Positions 9,801 to 21,694 of a DNA stretch of 64,000 nucleotides are shown here, in pieces. Numbering within the stretch: the first letter of the stretch is position 1; each line of letters begins with the position of its first letter. The position numbers and the translations under genes are program-made. The notes under the pieces were generated by a model, which had not been told where the DNA came from, made no database searches, and saw only the letters and a list, made by a program, of their open reading frames with translations. The stretch is from Selaginella moellendorffii (lineage: Eukaryota; Plantae; Lycopodiophyta), in NCBI RefSeq assembly GCF_000143415.4, contig NW_003314279.1:558130-622129 (forward strand). The letters are read 5' to 3'.

Positions 9801-11332
9801 CTAGTCGAGGGTGCTGAGACGGTGGTTCGCCCCCCCTATCGTTTGAACGAAAAAGAATTCGCGGAGCTCAAGTGCCAACTAGAGGAGTTGGTGGACAAAG
9901 GGTATGTTAGGTTGAGCAAGTCACCGTATGGGGTGTCGGTGCTATTTGTGAACAAGAAAAGATGGATCTATGCGCATGTGCATAGATTACCGGTTGCTCA
10001 ACAAATATACCAAGAAGAACAAATACCCTTTGCCAAGGATTGAGGATCTGTTTGATAGGTTGGGAAACGCAAAATACTTCTTGAGGATTGACATAAGGTT
10101 AGGATACTACCAAATCAAGGTAGCAAAGGAAGATGTCGAGAAGATAACCTGTCGAACAAGATATGGAAGCTTTGAGTTTCTGGTGATGCCCTTTAGGCTA
10201 TGCAATGCGCCAGCAACGTTTTCGGCGTTCATGAACCACATCTTTATACCTTATTTGGATCGCTTTGTGGTCGTCTATATTGACAACATCCTGATCTATA
10301 GCGAAACGCTAGAGGAACATGCCAAACACCTGACGAAAGTGTTTGAGAAACTAAGGGAACACCAGCTATATGCTAAAGAGTGCAAATGTGATTTTGCTCA
10401 ACAAGAGGTAAAGTTTCTCAGGCATGTGGTGGGCAAAGATGGGCTCAAAGTGGACCTTGAGAAGGTCCAAGCAATCCAGGATAGGGAGTTACCATCGAAT
10501 GTACACAAGTTAAGGGCATTCTTGGGGCTATGCAACTATTACCAAAAGTTTATCAGACACTATTGGAGAGTAGCCTTGCCCTTAACAGACCAAATGGGAA
10601 AAAGGAAGATGGTATGGACAGCAGAATGCGAGGTGACATTTGTCCACCTCAAAGGGAAGTTGAGGAAGGCTCCCGTGTTGGCGTTACTAGACTTTGGTAA
10701 GGACTTTGAGGTAGAAATGGATGCTTCGGACTTTGCATTGGGTGTATTTTTGAAGCAAGATAACCATCCAGTAGTGTTCTTCTCGAAGAAGTTGGACAAG
10801 GCTCAAAGGAAGTGGCCTGCCCACGAGAAGAAATTATTTGTAGTGGTTAAAGCGCTCAAGGAGTGGCGACACTACCTTGGGAGACACTTCAAGGTTGAGC
10901 ATGGACTGACTTGAGGTTGAGACTGGGGCCGAGGGGCCTTAGGTGGGAGTGAGCATGGACTCGGGTGGTGTCGGAAGGGCCACCCAAGGAAGTGCTCAAG
11001 AGTAACTCCCACTCCCGAAAGGGAAACCGACTGCAGTGTTCCCAACTCATGTGGAGTGGTGCCCCATTTGAGTACCTTGTGGCTCATTGGTCCTCGCCCT
11101 TCCTAGGGGCTTAGGCCTTCCCTTCGGGATAAAAGTGGGGGGGTAGAGGTACCCATACCGGGCCATTAGGCCACGATGTTTCGCCCTAGTGTCCCGAAAC
11201 AAGTGTTGCACCCAAGGCTTGGGATTTAGAGGGTCCCATGATCAAATCTTGTTGTACCAAGGGATGTTAGGAACTTGGAGGCTTGGTGTGCTTCGTTGCT
11301 TGTGCTTGTAGGGAGTGTAGCCGAACCTTAAG
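6844..11332 (+). mobile_element. Chromovirus-family Ty3/gypsy copy A: 5' LTR 6844-7855, gag-PR-RT-RNaseH, integrase deleted, partial 3' LTR 10905-11332
   Basis: LTR TGTAAGGAAC...GCTTGCA; tRNAi-Met PBS TGGTATCGGAGC 7859-7870; protease ILIDTCAS; RT RMCIDYR and VVYIDNIL; RNase H MDASDFALG. Several in-frame stops and frameshifts. Confidence 0.92.
6861..6918 (-). other. 5S rRNA-derived segment (A-box / intermediate element / C-box region) inside the U3 of LTR A
   Basis: Minus strand GAAGTTAAACGTCCTTAGGTTTGAATAGTACTGGGTTGGGTGACCTCCTGGAAAGTCC aligns ungapped to plant 5S nt ~48-105 (GCAGTTAAGCGTGCTTGGGCGAGAGTAGTACTAGGATGGGTGACCTCCTGGGAAGTCC, recalled from memory), 47/58 identities by hand. Confidence 0.85.
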
Positions 11333-12234
11333 ATTGGTAGTAAGAGTAGGAGGAATTGTACCATGCATTGTGAATGCTGCCATCAATTGAGTTTAATTAT
11401 TCAATTGCAACCACATAACATTAAAAAATTGCACCAATGTAAGCCACAAATTTTTCCTTTCCAATTTGCTAGCTTACCTCATTTATCCGACCAACACTAC
11501 CTTGGTTTTTGCTAAGTTCCCTCGCCAAGGTTCTCACCTATTGTACCAGCTCATACTTAGTTCTACTTAGTTTCAGCTACTCACTACACGAGCAATGGAG
11601 CGTTAGCCATCCATCCATGGATTCCCAAATCTCTCCCAATCCCCCTCCCCAAGTTAGACTGGACTTAAGGTTCAGCTACACTCCCCGCAGGCACAAGTAC
11701 CCAAGCACACTAAGCCTCCAAGTTCCTAACATCCCTTGGTACAACAAGACTTGATCATAGGACCCTCTAAATCCCAAACCTTGGGTGCAACACTTGCTTT
11801 GGGACACTGGGGCGAAACATCATGGCCTAACGGCCCGGTATGGGTACCTCTACCCTCCTCACTTCTATCCCGAAGGGAAGGCCCAAACCCCTAGGAAGGG
11901 TGAGGACCAATGAGCCACAAGGTACTCAAATGGGGTATCACTCCACATGAGCCGCGAGCACCGCAGTCAGTTTCCCTTTCGGGAGTGGGAGCTGCTCTTG
12001 AGCACTTCCTTGGGTGGCTCTTCCGACACCACCCGAGTCCATGCTCACTCCTACCCAAGGCCCCTCAGCCCCAGTCTCAACCTCAAGTCAGTTTGGAAGC
12101 ACCATTGGAGAGTTCCTTCAAAACTAGTTCCTAAACCTCACTATCCCTACTATACTTTTGGAACCCCCTGTAGCTCCCCCCCCCCCCCCTAGGAGATGCA
12201 CGCTTTGGGCTTTCCCCTTGACCTGTATTAGTAC

Positions 12235-12530
12235 TCAGACTCGGTCTCGGGCTCGATCTCAGACTCGATCTTGGACCCGACTTCGGAGTTGGTCTCGGAC
12301 TCGATCTCGAACTCGATCTCAGACCTGATCTCAGACTCGACTTCGGACTCAACCTCGGACTCAGTCTTGGACCCGATCTCGGATCTCGGACTCGGTCTCG
12401 AACTTAGTCTTGAACTCGGTCTTCGAGTCAATGAACTCGGTCTTTGAGTCAGCCTCAGACTCGATCCCGGACTCTATCTTGAACCCGGTCTCAGAGTCGG
12501 TCTTGGACTTGATCTCAGACTTGGTCCCAT
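12235..12530. repeat. Degenerate hexamer (CTCGGA/CTCGGT/CTCGAT) tandem array in U3 of the copy B 3' LTR
   Basis: Visible 6-nt periodicity; yields spurious (ES)-rich ORFs. Confidence 0.9.
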
Positions 12531-15500
12531 CTGATGAACTCTTTGTCATTTTGGTCATGCTTTCGGGGATCCTTTAGTCTATGACATCTCGGGGAGTTGG
12601 TTCCTTACAACTCCACCACCCATAGAAGAAGTTTGATGCCCACATTGAACATCTCTTTTCATCCTACGACTTGTTGACCATGTCTCCGGGGGCATTCCCC
12701 CCACTTAGCGGTGTGCCTAAGTTAACCTCCCTAGCCAAGAGCCCATGACAACGGAATATAGGTGTCTCTATACCCCTCACCCCACCATGCCCTAGTATGG
12801 GGTTGGGACTTGAACCTAGCCTTGCTTTACTAGCGAGTTAGGACTCAAACCCAACCTTTGTAGAATATGTCTACGGATTCAACATCCCCGCGAGGAGTCG
12901 GGCGTAGTTCCCTACACTTGGTCGACCTAGCTAACCCATGCTAATTAGCTTACCTTTGGCGTGCCTTTGGGACCCAACATATGCCATTGCTCAACTTCAC
13001 AAATTGATACTTTCATTGAACTTTGCATAAATACATAGAGTTCTGCCTCGCAGAAATTCCTCCACTAGATCTTGCGCGTGCACTAGGTTCTCTTTCGGTT
13101 CCCATGTTGCTTCGCAATGTGGAAATCCTTTCCACTTCACATAGAATTCTCTCACCTCGCGTCCTTGTCACTTGCTCTTGCGCGCATTGAGTATGGCCTC
13201 GACTTCGTATTCCTCTTCCCCTTGGATAACCTTAGGTAAAGGTCTTACTTGGTCCTTGCGAAGCGGATCCTCAAAGTATGGCTTGAGTAAGTTCACGTCG
13301 AACACTAGGTGCATCTTCCCCATCTCTCGAGGAAGTCGAAGACAGTAAGCCACTTTACTAATTCGTGCCTCAATCTCGTAAGGCCCCGCGAACCTACTTA
13401 AGGAACTCAAGATTAATTCATTTATAGGAATACATGCATTTTTACCTTTGGGTCAACTTCCGGCTGATCCCACTTGGTAACCTGAGGTTCTTGGTGTTCA
13501 GCCACACCTTCTCCCCAGCTTGGAATTCTACATCCCGGCACTTCTGGTTCGTGTACTTGGTTTGCCTTTGTTGAGCCCATTCCAAGGAATCCCTCACTAG
13601 ATTCCAAATGTTAAGTCTTTCTGCCGTGAATGCCTCCACTGCAAGTAACTTTCCATGATACTCAGCCACGCCGAGTTCCACAGGACCTTCAATAGTTCGC
13701 CCATTGATGACTTCCTATGGACTCACCCCAATACTTGAATGTGGTGAGTTGTTATAACACATTTTCGCAAGTCCCAAATGACTTACCCAATCGGTCTGGT
13801 CTCCCGAGACATAGCATCGCAAATAATCCTCCAGTTGCCTATTCACCCTTTCCGTTTGTCCGTCTGTCAAAAAGTGTTAGAGCCATCAAACTTGACTTAA
13901 TACTCAATACCTGTCTGTGGGTGATAGCCTATGCTAAATTTCAACTTAGTGCGATACTGTTCCAGGAGAGTTCTCCAGAACCTACTAGTGAAGATCTTAT
14001 CTCGATTTGAGATAATCTCTTCTAACCTTCCCCACACTTGAACCATTTGTTCAAAGAACAGCTTTGCCACACCTTCCGCATCCACTTCCGTTGTGGTGGG
14101 TATGAAATGTGCCATCTTAAAAAATTGGTCCACCACCACGAATATTGCATCGAACCCCTCGCTTGGGGGGAGTCCCGTGATGAAGTCCATCGTAAGACAT
14201 TTCCACGGATGATCTGGAATTGGGATGCTTTGTAACAAGCCCCCACTAGCCTTAGTCACGGCTTTGACTTGCTGACAAGTTGGATATGTCTTTACATAGT
14301 CTTGGACATCCTTAGCCACATCTGGCCAATAATACTTCCTCTTGAATAAGCCCATCATCTTGGGCACTCCGCCGTGACCTGCAAGAGGTCCATCATGACA
14401 CTCTTCTAAGGCTACCTTCCTTAGTTCCCCTTCTGGAACATACACCCTCGATTGTTTGTAATAAATGAGTCCGTTGTGTTCTGCATAGCCCGTTTTTTCT
14501 TCCGTTGGCAGCTCACCTCTCTAGTGAGCTTCCCGTGCCTCTAGATTCCTCAGCAACACTTCTTGTGCTAGCCCATTTTTCTCATATGCTGTCCGCACAT
14601 CATCCCAAAAGGTTGTTGTCGCGCTGGATATCGCTAACTTCAAGCTCGCTTTTCGACTTAGCGCACACCACGATGTTGCTCTTCCTAGGCTTGTATAGAA
14701 TCTCGCAATCAAACTCGGCCAAAGCATTGGCCCACCGACCCTATTTCCCTCTCAGGTCGGGCTATGACAAGAAGTGTTTCATTGCCACATTATCCGTGTA
14801 AACCTTGAAATGTCTCCCAAGGTAGTATTGCCACTCCTTGAGTGCCTTGACCACCGCAAACAATTCTTTCTCGTGGGCAGGCTACTTCCACTGAGCCTTG
14901 TCCAACTTCTTTGAGAAGAATGCTACTGGATGGTTGTTTTACTTCAAAATTGCGCCCAACGCAAAGTCCGAAGCATTCGTTTCTACCTCAAAGTCCTTAC
15001 CAAAGTCTAGTAACGCCAACACGGGAGCCTTCCTCAACTTCCCTTTGAGGTGGACAAATGCTGCCTTGCATTCTGTTGTCCATATCATCTTCCCTTTTCT
15101 TGTTTGGTCCGTTAAGGGCAGGGCTACTCTCGAATAGTGTCTGATAAACTTTTGGTAGTAATTGCATAGCCCCAAGAATGCCCTTAACTCATACATTTGA
15201 TGGTCGCTCCCAATCCTGGATCGCTTGGACCTTCTCAGGGTCCACTTTGAGCCCATCCTTGCCCACCACATGCCCGAGAAACTTTACCTCTTGTTGAGCA
15301 AAGTCACATTTGCACTCTTTAGCATACAACTAGTGTTCTCTTAGTTTCTCAAACACCTTTATTAAATGTTCGGCATGCTCCTCTAGCGTTTCGCTATAGA
15401 TAAGGATGTTGTTAATATAGATGACCACAAAGTGATCCAAATAGGGTACAAAGATGTGGTTCATCAACGCCAAAAACATTGCCAGCACATTGTATAGCCC

Positions 15501-18102
15501 AAAAGGCATCACTAGAAACTCAAAGCTCCCATACCTTGTTCGACAAGTTGTCTCTTCGACATCTTCCTCTGCTACCCTAATCTAGTAGTATCTTGACCTT
15601 AGGTCAATCCTTGAAAAGTATTTTGCCTTTCCCAATCTATCAAATAGGTCCTCAATCCTTGGTAAACAGTATTTGTTCTTCTTTATATACTTGTTGAGCA
15701 ACCAGTAGTCGATGCACATGCACATAGATCCATCTTTCTTTTTCACAAATAACACCGGCACCCCATATGGCAACTTGCTTAACCTAACATACCCTTTGTC
15801 CACCAACTTCTCTAGGTGGCGCTTGAACTCCTCGAGTTCTTTTTCATTCAAACGATAGGGGGGACGAATCAACACCCTCGACCAGCTCAATCTTATATTC
15901 TATCGGTCGTGCAAGGGGCAACCCCGCCAGTAGCTCCTCGGGCATGGTATCCTAGAATTGGTCCAACACCCGCTGGATCACTAAAAGTACTTTTTCCATT
16001 CCCGTCTTTTTGTCACTCTTCACCGAGAGTAAGCACAAAAATGCTACCTTGGTTGCTTTAGTGAGTTGTCCTCTCGTGGACACCAGGTTTAGGCAGGAAT
16101 CTTTGGCCTTGCATTGCCCTACCTTTAGATCCTGGGCCTCCACCTTGGATTTTCTTCCTTGGGCATTTGCTAGTACCACAAGGTTCCTACCTTGTCCATG
16201 TAGGGCTACCACGAACCAATTGAACCAATCCATCCCAAAGATTATCTCAAATCCCGCCATGTCCAACATGGTGAAATCCATGTCTACTTTCTATGTCTCT
16301 ACTTCGACTCTCGCTTGTCGAAGTACCTCATCAGTGCTTTGGCTGCCTTGAACAAACTCTATAGTCCTTGGTTCACTCAGCCGCTGCACCATTAGTCCGG
16401 CTTGCCAGACTATGTCTGCAGCCACAAAATTATCCGAAGCACCCGTGTCAATAAGGATCTTAACAAAGCTACCTCTAAGCTTCCCTTAAAGGGCTAGTAG
16501 ATGTCGCGAACAACTCTCTACCAAAGTTTCTCCTGTAATGAGTAACTTTGAGTTAAGGACTGGATCACATACCTCAATTTGGATTTCACCCGACTTAATG
16601 GCCATATTGGCTCTGGCCTTCTTCAGGTAGGGACATTCCCTCGAGTAGTGTCCTGCTTCACCGCAGTTGTAGCATACGCTGTTTCCCACGCTGCTAACTG
16701 ACTTGCCCTTTTTATCTGTGGGTTTGTCTCTTTTTGCTTGACTCCCCTACGTACTCGCTCACTAGCCACCAGATCTGCCTTTTTGGAACCGGAGGACTCA
16801 TTCTTAGGGAACTCTTCTTGAATTTCCTTTTGCTATATGTTCCCCTTGGTTTGGCCCCTTTGCTAAACGTGGATTCCGACCCCGTCGTGTTCCCCTTTCG
16901 TAGGTTATCATTGAAATGCACCTTGATGGCCGCATCCAATGCTTCTTTGTAATTGGTCAGGTTCTAACGCATCACCTTGCCACGAGCCCAAGTTTGCAAG
17001 CCTAATATGAAGGCATGGAATGCATCCATATCACCCATATCCGTGACCAGTATCCTCTTTGCCATAAATATATTCACATACTCTTGAATGGTTCCGGTTT
17101 GCTTCAGCCTACTCAGCTCATCCCTTAGGTGCAGAGTAGCATTCGGAGGAACATATGTTGCGCAGATCCTCACCTTCATCATTTCCCAAGTGGCCACCGG
17201 TCTTTTGTTGGCCTCCGTCGTTCTCCACCAAGACTTGGCATTACCTACCAAGTATGGTTTTGCACATGGGACCTTCTCCAAGCTCGGTAACCGCAACACT
17301 CGAAAGTAGTCCTCCATATCGTAAAACCAATCCTCCACCATCTTATAGTCGTTCACTCCCTTGAAGACCGGTGGAGGCTTTGGTTTGTACTTGGGAACTG
17401 CCTAAGGGACTGATTCCACTTCAGTCTGTTCAACCTTGTTTGGTTCTGCCTCAGTCCCTACTGAAGGGTCTGCACCTTTTATGCTGCCAGCATCCGCAGT
17501 CTTTCGCTTTTTCTTCCGCTTCTCGTCACGCTTTAGCTTGCATACGAGGGTGTCCAGTAGGGCATTGGTCTGTGCCAATTGTCCTTCTAGGACGTCCAAT
17601 CAAGCCTTGGACGACCGAACCTCGCCACCAGACTCCTATTTGGAAGTTTCCTCACTGGAGTCCTCCTTATGCAAGGATTCCTCATCCATAGCCTCTTGTT
17701 CGACCGGAGGCTCCAGCTTTGGCAGAGGTTTTGTTTTTGCCTTGGTTCATTTATGGCCTCCCTTTGCCATCTCCTAGCAATCCGCCTTTATCGTTCGCTA
17801 GAATTGAGGAAAAGGCTTCGATACAAAATTGCAAGCCACAAATTTTTCCTTTCCAATTTGCCAGCTTACCTCGTCTATCCGACCAACACTGCCTTGGCTT
17901 TTGCTAAATTCCCTCCCCAAGGTTCCCATCTATTGTACCAGCTCCTACTTGATTCTACTTGGTTTCAGCTACTCACTGCATGAGCAATGGAGCATTAGCC
18001 ATCCATCCATGGATTCCCAAATCTCTCCCAATCCCCCTCCCCAAGTTAGACTGGACTTAAGGTTCGGCTACACTCCCCGCAGGCACAAGCAGCCAAGCAC
18101 AC

Positions 18103-18352
18103 GGACTCGATCTCGGACCTGACTTCGGACTCGGTCTCGGACTTGATCTCGGACTCGGTCTCAGACCCGATCTCGGACTTGACTTCGGACTCGACCTCGT
18201 ACTCGGTCTCGGACCCGATCTCGGATCTCGAACTCGGTCTCAAACTCGGTCTCGAACTCGGTTTCCGAGTCAGCCTCGGACTCGATCCCGGACTCTATCT
18301 CGAACTCGATCTCAGAGTCGGTCTTGGACTTGATCTCAAACTTGGTCTCATC
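18103..18352. repeat. Same hexamer array in the copy B 5' LTR, adjacent to an internal LTR deletion of ~570 bp
   Basis: ccaagcacac joins directly to ggactcgatctcgg at ~18102, whereas the 3' LTR has 11711-12240 in between. Confidence 0.88.
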
Positions 18353-19919
18353 GAATGAACTCTTTGTTATTTCGGTCATGCTTTTGGGGATCCTTTAGCC
18401 TACGACACCTTAGGGAGTTGGTTCCTTACAACCAATTGTTGCTCTAAAGTCAAAGGAAAAAAAGGCTACTACTCTACCATAAAGATAAACAAAAAGGAAA
18501 GAATAAAAAAGAAGAAGTTGAGAAAAACAATAAAAAAAGGGAGATCTCAAAAATGCAAAAGCTAAATCTAAACCAAAATCCCAAAAACAATAAGAAAAGG
18601 GAGACCTAAACAATGCAAAAGCTAGATCTAAACTAAAATCCCAAATCCTAACACTCCTCAAAGACAATTAAAACTGCCCCTCACCTTTACCAATGTGAGT
18701 GTATAGAATATGAAAACAAAATACAAGAAATGTGCATATCAATTAGCCCAAAAACCTTAGTTTATATACAAGGATGAGTGGTCCAGATTGAAACCAATCT
18801 GATAACTACCAAAATCCCACTATACTGATATTAATATATGTTATCATAGCTGTACACTTGGACCTCATAATTTATAAAACTAGAATATACTAAGAAGTAA
18901 GTTATTCTACCATCTAATAGTTGATATGTAATATATTCATAATTATAATCATCCAATTGATCAATATGATTGATAAAAATAAGCACTATTAATAAGAAAA
19001 TGAAGAATTGCTGCATGCAATATGCAGAAAATTATTTAATATCATATTATAAACTTAATGATCTAAAAACTTCTAAAATATTATTTATAGAAGTGGGTTA
19101 TAAGTAAATATTAAAACGCTAAAAGGTTTTATGATAGAAGCTCAGTATAAAATTTAGTAGAAATATTCTAATAATACATACCTCATAAAGAGGTCCAAGT
19201 ATTCTATGAATCTTTTCAAAACTGTCCCACCTAAAAAAATTAAAATATTTATAATATCAAAAAGCTTTTTTTAAGATTATAATAATAAAAACTATTTTAA
19301 ATTAATTATCAGCAATGTAGTTGAACATATTCCATCTGAAACCCATTGATAATTTTCATGTTGCTACTTAGATTTGTGACTATTGATCACCTGTTTATCA
19401 ATGTCAATTGACTCTAGTAAGGCCAAATTTACAAAGCAGGCTAGAAGAAAAGTTATACTAGTCAACATCATCAATGCACTATTCAATTGTTATGTAACCT
19501 TGCTATGTCTCTAATGTACTTTCCAAGGGAGAAAAATGAAAAACTAAACTCTAATGATGAATCAGTTTAAGAACTCCTAGGATATGGAGATGGCTCAAAC
19601 TGTCCCTTTTTGCTAAGATAAAAGAAAATTATCTTAAAATTTGGAAAGATGAAAACAAAATATTAGGAAAATTTATGTTTCAGAAATACAATCTCTCTAA
19701 AACATATTTGATCCTTTGCCATTCTCCTCCCCTAAGTAAAAAGTATGTTTATAAACACTACAATAATTTGCTACATGTTGAATATAACAATGTTTGGTTT
19801 GCTTAATAGTAGTGTTTATTATTTACCAACAATGTTTGGTTTGCTTAATAGTAGTGTTTATTATTTACCAATAGATTTAATGAAGTTTATAATTAACACA
19901 CAAGATTAATCATAATACA

Positions 19920-20002
19920 CTACATACACACACAGATATAGAGAGAGAGAGAGAGATACATACATACATACATACATACATACACATGTATGTATGTCTG
20001 TA
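19920..20002. repeat. Compound microsatellite (CA)n(GA)n(TACA)n
   Basis: Seen directly; a ~43-bp tandem duplication lies just upstream at 19787-19871. Confidence 0.9.
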
Positions 20003-20339
20003 TAACTTATTGTTGTAATATCCTCTGAAGACAATGTGAAACCTGACATCCAAAGTGCAAGGTTTTGCATTCATCACCACACTATTGTTTCTATTAAAGA
20101 AAAAAAATGGCAGTTGTCCACAAGGTGGCATGGACTGAATTCAGCCCAATAGATTAGCTTATTCTCAAGACAGCAAGTAGTAAAATATTCCATTCGAACT
20201 CCCAGCTTAACTCTTGTCTAAAGCTATTTTATTCTTCTAGATTTGCTAATTATGCATGTAGAGGGTATATTTGGAACTATCGAGACTTCTGCAACTGAGA
20301 CTTGCAACAAAATGTTCATTGACAAGGAAGGATATAACT

Positions 20340-21567
20340 CCATTGAGCTCTTGGAATGCAAGCCATTCCCGAANNNNNNNNNNNNNNNNNNNNNNNNNNN
20401 NNNNNNNNNNNNNNNNNNNNNNNNNNNNNNNNNNNNNNNNNNNNNNNNNNNNNNNNNNNNNNNNNNNNNNNNNGCTCTAGCGTCCTTCAAGTCAACACTA
20501 AAGGAAATTTTGAGCTTCCTTTGCTGGTGCTGGTCATAACGATGGGTTCTGGCCCTTCACAACCCACAATCACTTTCTCTAAAGCAAAAGCTTTTGAGAA
20601 AATACGTGAAAGTTTCACGGGACTATATAAAGAATATGGTAATAGTTGCCTTGAAACATTGATCCAGTGAAGTGAGACCTGTGCGATAGGAAGAAAAAGA
20701 AATAAATAACAACATCTGCAAATGACTTTACCGGGCACTTGCACATCGACAGTGTAGAACTGCTGGTTCTCGAAGGAGGACCACAAGAGCTTCCGTGCGT
20801 CATATCCTGCAAGCCACAGAGAAAAAAGGAAAATAAAACTCCAGGCATGATTAGAACCATACCTTTATTGTGCTTGCAGCAGTTTAGCAGTAGCTGGTAT
20901 GCGTGTTTCTTCTCAAAGTTGTAGAGAGCGACGAGACCTTCGTGCTGAGAGAACTGCGGCAGCCCCCCGGCATCAGCCACTGCCTGTGCCAACTCGAGGC
21001 TTTTGGCACACCTCCTCAAGTCATTGCTGGAGAAGGAAGCCTCTGGAATGACAGTATATGAAACTTCTTCGATCAGATTGGAGAGGTTCGTGGACTGCAG
21101 ACCAAGGAGCTTGGGATAACAATCAGCAGCAAACACACGCGCCTGCTCCTGCAACTCGTGCACGTTTGGCTCCCCGGAGAAGACTTCCTTCTCAGCTCGG
21201 CAGGCAGCACTCCTACAGAAGTGTGTGCGGTGATGTATGGGTTCCTCTTTACAGAAGCGGCGGAAGTTATCCTCCCAGGCATCGTCCACAAGCTTGATCA
21301 TGCGTGGATACGGGCAGGGGTAGTCGCCGTTGTCGTCAAACCCGAGTGGTTTTTCAACGGGTGGGAATTTGCCGCTCACGATTTCGTTGTACTCAAGCGT
21401 GTGACGCAAGAGATGCGACTCGAAGCAGCCGGTGGTAGCATCACAGTCGTTGAGCGCCCTACAGACTTAAGGAGCCGGACGGTTCTCTAGACGGAGCATC
21501 ACCATCCACAGAAACTCTCCATACTCTTTGTAGGCCTTGTCCGTCAGTTTGCTCACCTGAGAGCCTT
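20340..21567 (-). pseudogene. Double-ACD family copy 2; most of ACD1 deleted, premature stop; bounded by assembly gaps
   Basis: Exons 1-2 homologous to copy 1 (KPLGFDD.GDYPCPYP, DAGGLPQFSQH, FENQQFYTVDVQVPG), then GLTSLDQ jumps to the exon-4 homolog and stops. N gaps at 20374-20473 and 21568-21694. Confidence 0.75.
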
Positions 21568-21694
21568 NNNNNNNNNNNNNNNNNNNNNNNNNNNNNNNNN
21601 NNNNNNNNNNNNNNNNNNNNNNNNNNNNNNNNNNNNNNNNNNNNNNNNNNNNNNNNNNNNNNNNNNNNNNNNNNNNNNNNNNNNNNNNNNNNNN

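Larger units (their letters stand above)
11438..18430 (-). mobile_element. Chromovirus Ty3/gypsy copy B, full length but decayed: 5' LTR 17830-18430, 3' LTR 11438-12609, TSD ACCAA
   Basis: ACCAA at 11433-11437 and 18431-18435. Gag zinc knuckle CYNCGEAGHYSREC; RT; RNase H; integrase (CHDGPLAGH...CQQVK, TMDFITGLP, GPY); chromodomain EEEYEVEAIL...FYVKWKGFP..EATWEP at ~13050-13225; PPT at 12610-12622. Highly similar to copy A. Confidence 0.95.
4238..18869 (-). mobile_element. Old degenerate Ty3/gypsy element with 176-bp LTRs (4238-4413 and 18694-18869), host of two nested insertions
   Basis: Two diverged ~176-bp direct repeats. Purine-rich tract next to 4414; PBS-like TGGTAAAGGTGAGGGG on the minus strand next to 18694. 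Decayed RT (EEHVHDVRKVL), RNase H (LQIYDFDVVHRPG) and integrase (FDLIGPFP...DYLTHWVE) at 4600-6840. Confidence 0.8.

Noticed and set aside
11361-11365. CCATG as a possible TSD for copy A (matches 6839-6843)
   Set aside because: It is not adjacent to an LTR terminus; the 3' LTR is truncated at 11332, so the match is likely chance.
12131-12558. Glu/Ser-rich repetitive ORFs (also 18046-18379)
   Set aside because: They are translations of the LTR hexamer array, not genes. The array is not CRISPR-like because it has no unique spacers.
20374-21694. ORFs spanning N runs
   Set aside because: Assembly gaps at 20374-20473 and 21568-21694; the first appears to replace only a few bases relative to copy 1.
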